Part shown: in pieces, positions 43,551 to 52,801 of the stretch
How the letters are laid out: the number at the start of each line of letters is the position of its first letter
How positions within the stretch are numbered: the first letter of the stretch is position 1
NCBI GenBank assembly: GCA_030431075.1
Contig: JAUIJR010000001.1
Coordinates: forward strand, 1-55,180
Direction: 5' to 3'
Source of the DNA: Polyangia bacterium
GTDB taxonomy: Bacteria; Myxococcota_A; Polyangia; Nannocystales; Nannocystaceae
DNA length: 55,180 bases
Made by a program: the position numbers and the translations under genes
The notes under the pieces: generated by a model
Told to the model about the DNA's origin: nothing
The model's database searches: none
Seen by the model: the letters and a program-made list of their open reading frames with translations, nothing else

Positions 43551-46500
43551 ATGCGTCGTTACGTACTGGCTTGTTTAGCCGCCGTAGCCGTCGCCGCCTG
43601 TGGAGGCGGCGACGAGACCGTGGAGGGCAGCGGCTCTTTCACGGGTGGAGAAACCACCGATAGTTCGACCACGATCACGACCTCGAGCGACGAGGGGATG
43701 AGCGAGGGAGAGACGAGCGCCGGCGACGGAGATGGCGATGGTGATGGCGACGGTGATGGCGACGGAGACGGCGACGGAGACGGAGACGGAGACGGCGACG
43801 GCGATATCGGAGATCCCTGCGAAGACGACACCGAGTGTGAGTCGGAGTACTGCATCGTCGAGCCCGGCCAGACCGACGGGATCTGTGCCGTGCCCTGCAA
43901 CCCGCTGTGCCCCGAGGGCTTTGCCTGTCGGCCGGCGGACCACATGGGGATGAACGGAAACTGGTGCGTGCCCGCGCCCAGCAACATGTGTACGCCCTGC
44001 GTCTCCAACGACGAGTGTGGCGACAGCACCGACTACTGCATCAACTTGGCCGCGGGTGGCTCGTGCACCATCTCGTGTGCCGGCGATCCGACGGTCTGCC
44101 CCGACGGCTTCACCTGCGGCGACATCGTCGGCTCGGACGCGGTCGTGGCGAAGCAGTGTGTTCCCGACGATGGCGCGTGCTGCTTCGACGCCGACGACGA
44201 CCAGTACGGCGAGGGCAACGGCTGTCTCGGTCCCGACTGCAACGACGACAACCCGGACATGAACCAGGGCCAAGACGAGCTCTGCGACGGCCTCGACAAC
44301 GACTGCGACGGGGATGTCGACAACAACCCGGTCGACTGCGAGGCCGCGAGCTGTGAGATCGGCGCGCTGGGCTACTTCGAAAAGCCGGCCGAGATCTGCA
44401 ACTCTCTCGGCTTTTGCGAGGAGATCTCTTCGTCCCAATGCAACCTCTACACCTGTGACGGTGGCGAGGACAACGGTGACGAGTGCGCCCCGGACTGCGA
44501 CGACGGGACGGGTGTCGATACGGACACCCTGTGCGTCCCCTCCGCGCACTGCGACAACCTGACTTGCTTCCCCGACTTCGCCGACGGTCTTGGCTGTGAC
44601 GAGGACAGCGACTGCGAGTCGGACCACTGCGGTGACAATTTCTGCTGCGCGTTTGGTGAGTGCTGCCAGTCGGCCACCGACTGCACCGGCTTCGGCCAGC
44701 AAAGCGCCGTGTGTGACAACCCCTCGACCTGCCAAGGCACCCGTGGCGAGGTCGTCTGCTCGGCGAGCTACCAGTGCGGCACCAACAATGGCGTCGCCGA
44801 CGACTCGGCCTGCGACTCGAGCGTCCTGGCCGACGACTGTGGCTTCTACAAGGACATCTACTGCACCGGAGAGGCGAGCCAGCCCGGCGCGCCGGCTTGC
44901 CCCACGACTTGCAGCGACGACGACGATTGCGACGACGACGCCTACTGCAACCCGAGCAACTCGGAGTGCGAGCCGGACCTGACCGACGGTAACCCCTGCG
45001 ACAGCGCGAGCTGGTGCGAGAGCGGCTACTGCAACAACGACTACTGCTGCGCAACCGGAGATTGTTGCGGCAACGAGACGCACTGTCCGTCCTCCTACTC
45101 GAGCGCGCCCACCTGCGAGAACACCTCGACCTGTCAGGGGACCGAGGACATCGCGGTCTGCAACGACTCGATCTGCGGGACCACGACCAACGTCCCCAAC
45201 GACAGCGCCTGTAACGACACGGGCACGGCCGCCAACAACTGCGGCTACTTCAAGGACGTCTTTTGCACCGGCGCGGCCGACCAAACCGTCACCTGCAAGA
45301 CGACCTGTGTCTCCGACGCCGACTGTGACCAGACGGCCTACTGCGACAACACCTTTACCTGCGTCCCCGACGAGCCGAACGGCGAGAGCTGTAACGACGA
45401 GGACGAGTGTCAAAGCGACTACTGCAACAACGGCTTTTGCTGCGACGGCGGCCTGTGCTGCGGCAACGACACCGCGTGCAACAGCCTCGACGAGACCGCG
45501 GTCTGTGACGACGCCTCGAGCTGCAGCGGTTCAAGGGTCGAAGGTGTATGTGGCACCGACTCGGTCTGCACCACCGGCGTCGCCGCCGCCGACGTCGCCT
45601 GCAACGGCATCGAGGCCGACGACTGCGGCCCCTATCCCTCGGTCATCTGCCCGACGGACACCTGCGCAACGAGCTGTAACGACAACTCGGACTGCGATGC
45701 CTCGGCCTACTGCAACACGAGCACCAACGAGTGCGAGCCCGACGCCGGCCAAGGCGGATTTTGCACCTCGTCGGCGCAGTGCCCGATGGGACTCGAGTGC
45801 GTCGACAACGTGTGTTGCGACGTCTCGGGCGACAACAACGGCTGTACGGGCTTGTGCGAGGCCTGTGACGTCCCGGGCTCCGAGGGCGTGTGCACGGCCG
45901 TGCCCAACGGTGTCGACCTCGACGACGAGTGCGACGGCATGAGCTGCAGCGGGTACTTCAATGGTTGGGATAGCCCGAGCAACCCCGACACCTGCTACAC
46001 GAAGGCCTCCGTGGAGGACAACGCTGCGTTCTGCAACGGCTCGAAATCCTGTCAGGGCGCCGCCGACCTGTGTCCCGGACAGGGACAAGGCCCGGCGCAG
46101 ATCAACTGCCACAACAACTGCCAGTCCGGGAACATCTTTACCTGTTCGGGGACCACGCCCGGCGCTTGCCAGAACGTGAACCCCGGTACCCAGACCTGCG
46201 GCACCGGTGCTTGTCAGAACACGGTCAACCAGTGCAACGGCGGTGCGCCGCTGAGCTGCAATCCGGGAAGCCCGAGCGCCGAGACCTGCAACGGGATCGA
46301 CGACGACTGCAACGGCACCATCGATGATGGCCTGCCTCAGGACAGCTACGACGAGAACGGGTCCAACAATACTTGTGGTACCGCGGATACTCTCGCCGAC
46401 GCGGGTACCGGAGCGAACTCGCAGACCATCATCAACGCCACCTTGTGGGAGGACGGAGACATCGACTACTACCGCATCAAAGTGCTCGAGACGGACTCCG

Positions 46501-46856
46501 ACTGTCACTCTTGCGGCGGTTTCCTCTCGACGGACGAGGACTTCGCATTCGATGCCATCTTGACCGTCCCCGCGGGCGCCGGATCCATGGTCCTGTGCAT
46601 GCACGAGGATCAAGCCTCGTGCAGTGCGACGCACTGCAAGACCGTGGCAGCCGGTTCCTCCGGCTGGGTGCGGCACGAGTTCGACAGCAGCTGTGGTCTT
46701 TCGTCGGACTCCGACATCCACAGCGTCTTCGTCTACGGCGGCAGCACCGCCCCCGGGTCGAGCTGCAACTCCTACACGCTGCGGTATCGCGCGTTCGGTG
46801 GCTGCTTCGGAAGCGGTTGGTGTAGCGGAAACGGCACCAACACCAGCGGCTGCTGA
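43551..46856 (+). CDS. giant Cys-rich lipoprotein: (GD)14 tract, repeated Cys modules, MopE-type metal-binding motifs, C-terminal PPC-like domain
   Basis: The signal is MRRYVLACLAAVAVAAC, with lipobox. An S/T/E linker and GDGD... tract follow, then many Cys-spaced modules. ELCDGLDNDCDGDVDN and ETCNGIDDDCNGTIDD resemble PF11617-like motifs. The C-terminal GDIDYYRIKV resembles a pre-peptidase C-terminal (PPC) domain. Confidence 0.85.
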   Translation: MRRYVLACLAAVAVAACGGGDETVEGSGSFTGGETTDSSTTITTSSDEGMSEGETSAGDGDGDGDGDGDGDGDGDGDGDGDGDGDIGDPCEDDTECESEYCIVEPGQTDGICAVPCNPLCPEGFACRPADHMGMNGNWCVPAPSNMCTPCVSNDECGDSTDYCINLAAGGSCTISCAGDPTVCPDGFTCGDIVGSDAVVAKQCVPDDGACCFDADDDQYGEGNGCLGPDCNDDNPDMNQGQDELCDGLDNDCDGDVDNNPVDCEAASCEIGALGYFEKPAEICNSLGFCEEISSSQCNLYTCDGGEDNGDECAPDCDDGTGVDTDTLCVPSAHCDNLTCFPDFADGLGCDEDSDCESDHCGDNFCCAFGECCQSATDCTGFGQQSAVCDNPSTCQGTRGEVVCSASYQCGTNNGVADDSACDSSVLADDCGFYKDIYCTGEASQPGAPACPTTCSDDDDCDDDAYCNPSNSECEPDLTDGNPCDSASWCESGYCNNDYCCATGDCCGNETHCPSSYSSAPTCENTSTCQGTEDIAVCNDSICGTTTNVPNDSACNDTGTAANNCGYFKDVFCTGAADQTVTCKTTCVSDADCDQTAYCDNTFTCVPDEPNGESCNDEDECQSDYCNNGFCCDGGLCCGNDTACNSLDETAVCDDASSCSGSRVEGVCGTDSVCTTGVAAADVACNGIEADDCGPYPSVICPTDTCATSCNDNSDCDASAYCNTSTNECEPDAGQGGFCTSSAQCPMGLECVDNVCCDVSGDNNGCTGLCEACDVPGSEGVCTAVPNGVDLDDECDGMSCSGYFNGWDSPSNPDTCYTKASVEDNAAFCNGSKSCQGAADLCPGQGQGPAQINCHNNCQSGNIFTCSGTTPGACQNVNPGTQTCGTGACQNTVNQCNGGAPLSCNPGSPSAETCNGIDDDCNGTIDDGLPQDSYDENGSNNTCGTADTLADAGTGANSQTIINATLWEDGDIDYYRIKVLETDSDCHSCGGFLSTDEDFAFDAILTVPAGAGSMVLCMHEDQASCSATHCKTVAAGSSGWVRHEFDSSCGLSSDSDIHSVFVYGGSTAPGSSCNSYTLRYRAFGGCFGSGWCSGNGTNTSGC
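43724..43807 (+). repeat. in-frame hexanucleotide repeat encoding (Gly-Asp)14
   Basis: Counted codon by codon: ggc gac gga gat ggc gat ggt gat ... ggc gat. Confidence 0.95.
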
Positions 46857-46881
46857 GCAAGACGAAGCGTCACCCCCAAGC

Positions 46882-46910
46882 GGGCCGCGAAGCTGCTAGC
46901 TTCGCGGCCC
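46882..46910. terminator. perfect 13-bp-stem hairpin (GGGCCGCGAAGCT-GCT-AGCTTCGCGGCCC) after the giant lipoprotein gene
   Basis: I checked the palindrome base by base. It starts 26 nt after the stop at 46856 and is followed by GTGTCTTT, a weak T tract. It directly abuts the GTG start of the next gene. Confidence 0.5.
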
Positions 46911-48047
46911 GTGTCTTTGAGCGCGACCAGCTACGTCTACTTTGCCGCGTGCAGCCCGGGCCTCGGCGACATGTTGGTCGAGGAGCTGCGCGGGCTCGGG
47001 CTCAAAAAGCCCAAGGCCGTGCCGGGCGGCGTCGAGGGCCGCGCGCCGCTCGAGGGGATCTGGAGGGCCAACTTGGGCTCGGCCCTGGCCTTGCGCGTTT
47101 GGTTTCGCATCGCGCAGTACGAGGCCGCGCACTTCGACCAGCTGCTGCAAGGGGCCAGCAAGGCGCCGTGGCGGGCCTACTTGAGCCCCGGCAGCGGCGT
47201 GAAGGTCGTGGCCCACTGTGCCAAGTCGCGTCTGATCCACAGCGCCGCGGTGGCCGAGCGCATCGAAGGGGTGCTGCGCGACGCGGGCATGGAGGTCCGC
47301 GAAGAGCATGCGATCCGCGTTCAAGTCCGCATCTTTCGCGACAAGGTCAGCTTGTCCGTCGACAGCTCTGGTTTGCCCCTGCCCAAGCGGGGCTGGCGTC
47401 CGCGTACGGGCAAGGCGCCGCTGAGCGAGGACCTCGCGCGCGCGGGCTTGTTGCTGGCCGGTTGGCGTCCGGGGCAGCCGCTTTTGGATCCGATGTGCGG
47501 GGCCGGGACCATCGCGCTCGAGGCCGCGACGTGGGCCTCGGGCCGCCCTGCGGGCTGGCACCGGCGCTTCGCCTTCGAAGACGCGCCGCACTTCGACGCC
47601 GAGGCCTACGCGGCCGTGCGCAAGGCCATGTGCACGGAGCCGGTACCTACCCGGATCCTGGCGCGGGACCGAGACGCCGGCGCCATCGCGGCCGCACGCG
47701 AGAACGCGGCCAAGGCCGGACTCGCCGAGCAAGTCGAGATCGAGCACGCGAGCGTGGCCGAAACCCGCGCCGAGGCGGCCGAGCTCGGCTTGCGTCGCCC
47801 CGTCATCGTCACCAACCCACCTTACGGGCAGCGGACGGGGCGCGAGGACACGCTGGTTGGCCTGTACCGCGCCTTGGGGCAGCTGGCCCAGCGCTGGCCC
47901 GGCGCGACCTTGGCCGCCTGGTCTTCGCGCGGTGACCTGCTGCGGGCCGTCGAGCCCCGTCTCGAGCGCGAACTGTCCACCGACCACGGGGGCACGCGCG
48001 TGCACTTTGCGGTGGGTCGTGTCCTCGAGCGTGGAGCCGAGCGCTAG
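46911..48047 (+). CDS. THUMP domain-containing class I SAM-dependent RNA methyltransferase (RlmL/RlmK N-domain-like)
   Basis: The N-terminus YFAACSPGLGDMLVEELRGLG has a THUMP-type beginning. The SAM-binding motif LLDPMCGAGTIALEAA and the catalytic VTNPPYG are present. Confidence 0.85.
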   Translation: MSLSATSYVYFAACSPGLGDMLVEELRGLGLKKPKAVPGGVEGRAPLEGIWRANLGSALALRVWFRIAQYEAAHFDQLLQGASKAPWRAYLSPGSGVKVVAHCAKSRLIHSAAVAERIEGVLRDAGMEVREEHAIRVQVRIFRDKVSLSVDSSGLPLPKRGWRPRTGKAPLSEDLARAGLLLAGWRPGQPLLDPMCGAGTIALEAATWASGRPAGWHRRFAFEDAPHFDAEAYAAVRKAMCTEPVPTRILARDRDAGAIAAARENAAKAGLAEQVEIEHASVAETRAEAAELGLRRPVIVTNPPYGQRTGREDTLVGLYRALGQLAQRWPGATLAAWSSRGDLLRAVEPRLERELSTDHGGTRVHFAVGRVLERGAER

Positions 48048-48967
48048 AGCGCGCGCAGGGACTCGGGCTTGAGCCGTCGCTCGTCGCGGTCTTCGAGGAT
48101 CTCGTCGAGGGCCGCGAGCACGGCCTTTTTGTCGCGCGGCAAGCTCGAGCGGATCGGCACGTAGTTGCTCGCGTGGTTGGCCGAAAAGCGGGTGTTCGTG
48201 AACTCGGACTCGGCCACGATGGTGCGCAGCTCTTCGATCATGCGGAACTTGCTCGGCAAGCGAAACTCGCCTTTGGCCTGGGACTCGGCCATCGGGGTGC
48301 CGGGCACGACGGTCGTCGTCAGGGCGCCGACGAAAGGTGGGTCCATCTCGCTGAGCACCGAGGCCGTGTTGCGGGCGTGTTGTTCGCTGAGCGCTTCGCC
48401 GCCAACCCCCAACAAGACCATGACCGAGTGGTCGATGCCGGCCTCGCGCAGGCGCCGGGCCGTCTCGATCATCTCGGCGCGGGTACCCCCCTTGTCGATG
48501 CGCGCGAGCACCTCGTCGTCGCCGCTTTCCATGCCGTGGTAGACGATGCCCAGGCCGGCCTCACGTAGGGCCCGAAGCTCTTCGACCGACTTGCGCCCCA
48601 CCGAGCGGGTGTCGCCGTAGACGCCGACGCGCTCGATGAAGGGGAGCTCGCGCCGAATCAGCTCGAGGATCGGGAGCAGTCGCTTGGTCGGCAAGATCAG
48701 GGCGTCGCCGTCGCACAAAAAGGCGCGGCGCGTAAAGGCCCCGTGTTGCTCGGCCGCCGCCTTGGCCTCGGCGACATCGGCCTCGATCTGGGCGAAGTCC
48801 TTGGGCCGAAAGCGCTTGTCTCGGTACATGTCGCAGTAGGTGCAGCGGTTGTGACTGCAGCCGATCGTGACTTGCACCAACAAACTCCGCGCCTCGCTCG
48901 GCGGCCGGTAGATGCGCCCGACGTAGTCCATCGCGGACACCATAGGGGAGGGCGAAGCGCGGCGCAC
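48044..48967 (-). CDS. radical SAM protein (function unassigned)
   Basis: Contains a GRIYRPPSEARSLLVQVTIGCSHNRCTYCDMY cluster motif (CxxxCxxC) and a TIM-barrel-like remainder. The start may be one of the internal Met codons (MVSAMDY). Its stop shares CTAG with the convergent methyltransferase stop. Confidence 0.8.
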   Translation of the reverse strand: MRRASPSPMVSAMDYVGRIYRPPSEARSLLVQVTIGCSHNRCTYCDMYRDKRFRPKDFAQIEADVAEAKAAAEQHGAFTRRAFLCDGDALILPTKRLLPILELIRRELPFIERVGVYGDTRSVGRKSVEELRALREAGLGIVYHGMESGDDEVLARIDKGGTRAEMIETARRLREAGIDHSVMVLLGVGGEALSEQHARNTASVLSEMDPPFVGALTTTVVPGTPMAESQAKGEFRLPSKFRMIEELRTIVAESEFTNTRFSANHASNYVPIRSSLPRDKKAVLAALDEILEDRDERRLKPESLRAL

Positions 48968-48996
48968 CTCTTGGCCGGATCTGCTAGCTTCGCGCG

Positions 48997-49569
48997 GTGC
49001 TGGAGCTCGCGCGCCCCACCGATCCCGCCTGGGTCGCGGCCGTGATGGCCGATTTCGACGCCTTCTTGCTCGACCACGCCGCTTGCGAGCGCAAGGCCTC
49101 GGCCACCGGCATGAACTTCGTGGTGCGCTACCCCGACCGCACCAAGATGCTCGAGCCCTTCATCGCCTTTGCGCGCGAGGAGCTCGAGCACTTTCATCAG
49201 GTCTACAAGCTCATCGAAGCGCGCGGCCTGACCCTGCCCCCCGACGCGCCCGACCCCTACGTCAACGGTCTACGGCCTTGGGTGCGCACCGGCCGGGACG
49301 AACGCCTGCTCGACCGCTTGGTGATGGGCGGCGTCGTCGAGGCGCGCGGCTGCGAACGCTTTGGCCTGGTGGCCAAGGCGCTGCCCGCCGGCGAACTCCA
49401 GGACTTCTACACCGAGCTCACCCGCAGCGAAGCGCGCCACATGGGCCTGTTTCACCGCATGGCGCGGCTTTACTTCGACGCGGCCGAGGTCGAAGCGCGC
49501 ACGCGCAGCTTGCTCGAACTCGAGGGCCGCGTCGTGTCCGGCCTCGAGATCCGGCCGGCCCTGCACTGA
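48997..49569 (+). CDS. miaE: tRNA-(ms2io6A37) hydroxylase (non-heme diiron)
   Basis: Starts with GTG. The strings FLLDHAACERKASATGMNFVVRYP, REELEHF, EARGCERF and RSEARHMGLF match the MiaE ExxH diiron pattern. The 190-aa length is typical. Confidence 0.8.
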   Translation: MLELARPTDPAWVAAVMADFDAFLLDHAACERKASATGMNFVVRYPDRTKMLEPFIAFAREELEHFHQVYKLIEARGLTLPPDAPDPYVNGLRPWVRTGRDERLLDRLVMGGVVEARGCERFGLVAKALPAGELQDFYTELTRSEARHMGLFHRMARLYFDAAEVEARTRSLLELEGRVVSGLEIRPALH

Positions 49570-49587
49570 GGCGACGCGCGCCCGCGC

Positions 49588-50529
49588 CTAAAAGCGCATG
49601 CCGAACTGCAAGCCCGCTTGGCCGCGGCCGTAGGTCGGCGTGAGGCGAATGGTGCTGACGGGGTCGGTCTCCGTGCCGGCCTCGACCTGCTTGCGGAGCT
49701 TTTTGGCCTTGAGCAACTGCCAGACACCCACGCCCACGACGCCCGCGCCGACGGCCATGGCGCCGCCACCGACACCCATCCAGATCTTTCCGTTGCGGAC
49801 CTGGTCGTCGTAGTAGGCCTGCTCTTGGTCGTTGAAGGGGTCGTCGCGCTGCTCGACCGGACGGTCGAGGCGGATCTCTTCTTCGGCGAAGGGGCCAAAG
49901 GTCGAACCCCACGCCAAAAAGCCCACGCCACCGACGACGAAAACACCGCCCACGACGCTCAGCACGATGCCGTTGGTCTTGTGGTCGCCGGCCTTTTTGA
50001 GCATTTGCAGGCGCTCGGCTTCGAGCTGGGCTTGGCGGCGAATGGCGTCGGCATCGACGCCGCCGCCGGGGTTGGCGGCGCGCTCGGCTGCGAGCTTCTT
50101 TTCGGCCTCTTCGAGCATGGTCTCGACGCGCGCGAGCTCGGACTTGGCCTCGGCCGTGTCTTGGTAGTCACCGTCCGAGGCGGGCGCCTCGTCGAGGTAG
50201 CGCTTGTAGATCGAGCGAGCGCTGCGCAGGTGGCTGATGTCGCGGTCGAGCTCCTCGTAGGCCTTGACGTGGGATTTCGCCAAGTTGAACAAGAGCGCGC
50301 CACGCACGCGGTAGCTCAGGTCCTCTTGGGTCGCCTTTTCGAGGGCGGCGGTGAAGTACTCGACCGCCCCTTTGTAGTCGGCGGCGGAGTACTTGGCGCT
50401 GGCCTTGTCGTACAGCGTCTTTGCGTCTTCGTTCGCGCCGGGACCCGCGAGGGCGAGGCTGGGCGTCGCCAGCGAAACGGACACCAAGAGCGCACAGGCC
50501 GCGCGGGCAAAGATGCGGTTCGGCGACAT
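49588..50529 (-). CDS. secreted/membrane protein with TPR-like N-terminal region, coiled coil and two Gly-rich TM segments
   Basis: The internal ATG at 50529 gives MSPNRIFARAACALLVSVSLATPSLALA. The strings YDKASAKYSAADYKGAVEYFTAALE are TPR-like. The TM-like segments are IVLSVVGGVFVVGGVGFLAWG and IWMGVGGGAMAVGAGVVGVGVW. The protein ends ...GLQFGMRF. Confidence 0.55.
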   Translation of the reverse strand: MSPNRIFARAACALLVSVSLATPSLALAGPGANEDAKTLYDKASAKYSAADYKGAVEYFTAALEKATQEDLSYRVRGALLFNLAKSHVKAYEELDRDISHLRSARSIYKRYLDEAPASDGDYQDTAEAKSELARVETMLEEAEKKLAAERAANPGGGVDADAIRRQAQLEAERLQMLKKAGDHKTNGIVLSVVGGVFVVGGVGFLAWGSTFGPFAEEEIRLDRPVEQRDDPFNDQEQAYYDDQVRNGKIWMGVGGGAMAVGAGVVGVGVWQLLKAKKLRKQVEAGTETDPVSTIRLTPTYGRGQAGLQFGMRF

Positions 50530-50594
50530 CGCCGGGAGAATCGCCCACCGATCCGGACGATGCAAGTCCGCGAGGCGGGGTGGCTTTCGCGGTC

Positions 50595-52775
50595 CTAGCG
50601 CCCGGTCGGGCCCGATCTGGCGCCAGATCTCCGCCCCCGAGCACCGTGCCTGCGTCGACGAAGGCCGACGAGCAAAAGCCCCCAAAGCGCAGCTTTACGC
50701 GGGTCAACGCCCCCGCTTTGGCAGGCACAACCGATCTCCTCGACGGCTTGGCCGGCGACGCCGCTGGTCGAATCTGCCGGGAGGGGTCCGCCGCCCGATG
50801 TTTCGTCGTCACCGCCGGAAGCCGATCCCGAGCCGCCCGTGCTCGGTCCCGTCCCCGAGCCGGTCGAGCTCGAGCTGCTCGAGCTGCTGCTCGTTTGGGT
50901 GTCGGGCTCGTCGGTGGTGGGCTCCGGCTCGACGGAGCAGTCGTTGAAGCCACAGCAAGGGTCGACCTCGACTTCGGACAAGATGGCCGTCAGCCGCGTT
51001 TGCAGCTCGGCCTCGTCGGTCGCCGTGAAGGCAGTCGTGATGGCGTCGCCGGATCCCCAGCGCTGCATCTGGTCGAGCTGCGCTTCGAAGGCCTGGTACT
51101 CGCCAAAGCCCAGCACATAGGTGGTGATGCCCCGCGCGTACATCTCTTCGAGGGCGTTTTGCACCTCGGCGTCGGTCGAGAACATCCCGTAGTCCCCGTC
51201 GGTGATCAAAATGTTGGCGTAGGTGGTCGACGGCGCGGCGGGGTAGGGCGCTTGGGGTAGCGCGGCGGCCTCGGCGTAGGCCATCTGGTTTTGGGAGGCG
51301 AGCTCGAGGCCTCGGTGGGTGTAGGTCCCCGAGCCACCGCAGTGCCCCGACTGACTGCCGGGGTAGCACTGGGGCATGTGGCTAAAGGTCGGCGCGTCGA
51401 AAAAGGGCGCCTCGGCCGAGCCGTCGCGGTAGGTCCACTCAATGGGCGGCCCGGCGTAGGGGTCGAAACAACCCGGTTCGAGACACGAACTCCAAGGGTC
51501 CAAGGCCCAAGCGAAGTTGTCTTTCATGCACGGGCCGTAGTCGACCAAGACGCGCTCCTCGCCGATGCCCAGCTCTTCGCCCGCGCTGCCAAAGACGAGC
51601 AAGCCCAGCTGGGTGAGGTCCTCGATGGTCTCGCTGCCCTCGGCGACGATGTCGAAGATGCTCTGGGTGCCGGCCAGGGCCTCGCGCGACTGGTCCCAGC
51701 CCGACTCGCCGGGCACGGTCATGCCCGTCCCGTCGACGTTGAGCATGGAGCTCGAGGCATCGAGGATGATCATGATCCGCGGCATGCCGCCGACGCACTC
51801 GGGCTCGATGATCTCGGATTTGATGGCCGCGACGATGGCCTGAAGTTCTTGGACCAAGGCGCCGGGCGTGCTGCCGTCGATGGCCGTGACCGTGCCCCCC
51901 GCGGCCGCGAGCTGCCCGGCGAGGGTCAAGTTGGCGCCGGTCGAGACGGCGACGACGTAGGTCGGGACTTCGTCGATGTCGTAAAGATCCGCGGCGGTGA
52001 TCGCCGGATCTTCGCTGGGGTCTTGGCTGCTGCCGTCGGGCCCGGTCCAGGCGCCGTCGGTCAAGATCAGGTTCAAGTAGAGCCGGTCGTCGATGGACTC
52101 ACCGTGCAGGGCCCGCGAGTCGGCGATGAGGGTCCGCGTGCGATCGAGGGCGCCCTTGGTCCACGTCCCGATCCCCGAGCAACCGTTGCCCATCGGCGAG
52201 TCGAGACAAGCCGGCGGCAAGAGTTCGGTGATGGCGGTCTTGACCGCCTCGCCATTGCACTCGAGGTAGTCGCCGTTGCCTTCGAGATCGTACCAGTGCA
52301 CGTCGAGGGCCTGGCCGTCGACGATCGGCGGCACCGAGAGGTCACCGAGCAAGGTCGTTCCGCTCCCCTCGGGATCCGGGTCATGCCCAAAGCGCATCAA
52401 GGCGACGTTGAGGTTGTCGGCCAAAAAACCGTTGTCGGCGTCGATCATGGCGACGATGGCGTCGACGGTCGTCGCCCAGCGCGTGCTCTCACCGAAGGCC
52501 TCGTTCATCGACGAGGAGTAGTCGACCATGATCATCAAGTTGGGCTTGCGAAAGGTGCAGTCCCCCTCGATCACGCAGTCGCGCTCGCCCGCGTAGCTGG
52601 GCCGCTCCGGCGCCGCGACAAAGGCCAAGCCGAGCCCGGCGAGCAAGGCGGCCTGCAAGCGCAAGGCCGGGGAGGCCCACCACGCGCGCCGAACCCGCCG
52701 CCCAGACTCACTCACCGAAGCTTCGCCCATCGACCCCACGAGTCTGAAGGAAGTCGCCTCCCGAGGCCAGGGCAA
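50595..52775 (-). CDS. secreted double-VWA-domain protein with Ser/Gly linker and MYXO-CTERM tail
   Basis: Two MIDAS-type motifs are present (MVDYSSSMNE and ILDASSSMLN). A poly-Ser/Gly linker follows, then GCACQSGGVDPRKAALWGLLLVGLRRRR. A further 17 aa follow the tail. The start could be the Met 15 codons further in. Confidence 0.8.
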   Translation of the reverse strand: MPWPREATSFRLVGSMGEASVSESGRRVRRAWWASPALRLQAALLAGLGLAFVAAPERPSYAGERDCVIEGDCTFRKPNLMIMVDYSSSMNEAFGESTRWATTVDAIVAMIDADNGFLADNLNVALMRFGHDPDPEGSGTTLLGDLSVPPIVDGQALDVHWYDLEGNGDYLECNGEAVKTAITELLPPACLDSPMGNGCSGIGTWTKGALDRTRTLIADSRALHGESIDDRLYLNLILTDGAWTGPDGSSQDPSEDPAITAADLYDIDEVPTYVVAVSTGANLTLAGQLAAAGGTVTAIDGSTPGALVQELQAIVAAIKSEIIEPECVGGMPRIMIILDASSSMLNVDGTGMTVPGESGWDQSREALAGTQSIFDIVAEGSETIEDLTQLGLLVFGSAGEELGIGEERVLVDYGPCMKDNFAWALDPWSSCLEPGCFDPYAGPPIEWTYRDGSAEAPFFDAPTFSHMPQCYPGSQSGHCGGSGTYTHRGLELASQNQMAYAEAAALPQAPYPAAPSTTYANILITDGDYGMFSTDAEVQNALEEMYARGITTYVLGFGEYQAFEAQLDQMQRWGSGDAITTAFTATDEAELQTRLTAILSEVEVDPCCGFNDCSVEPEPTTDEPDTQTSSSSSSSSSTGSGTGPSTGGSGSASGGDDETSGGGPLPADSTSGVAGQAVEEIGCACQSGGVDPRKAALWGLLLVGLRRRRHGARGRRSGARSGPTGR

Positions 52776-52801
52776 GCCGCGGCGGCCAGCCGGACCGCCT
52801 G

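Noticed and set aside
41671-46721. Minus-strand ORFs 41671..43497, 43575..45413 and 45531..46721
   Set aside because: All three are Arg/Gly/Val/Ala-rich mirrors of the anti-sigma/beta-lactamase-fold gene and of the Cys-rich lipoprotein gene.
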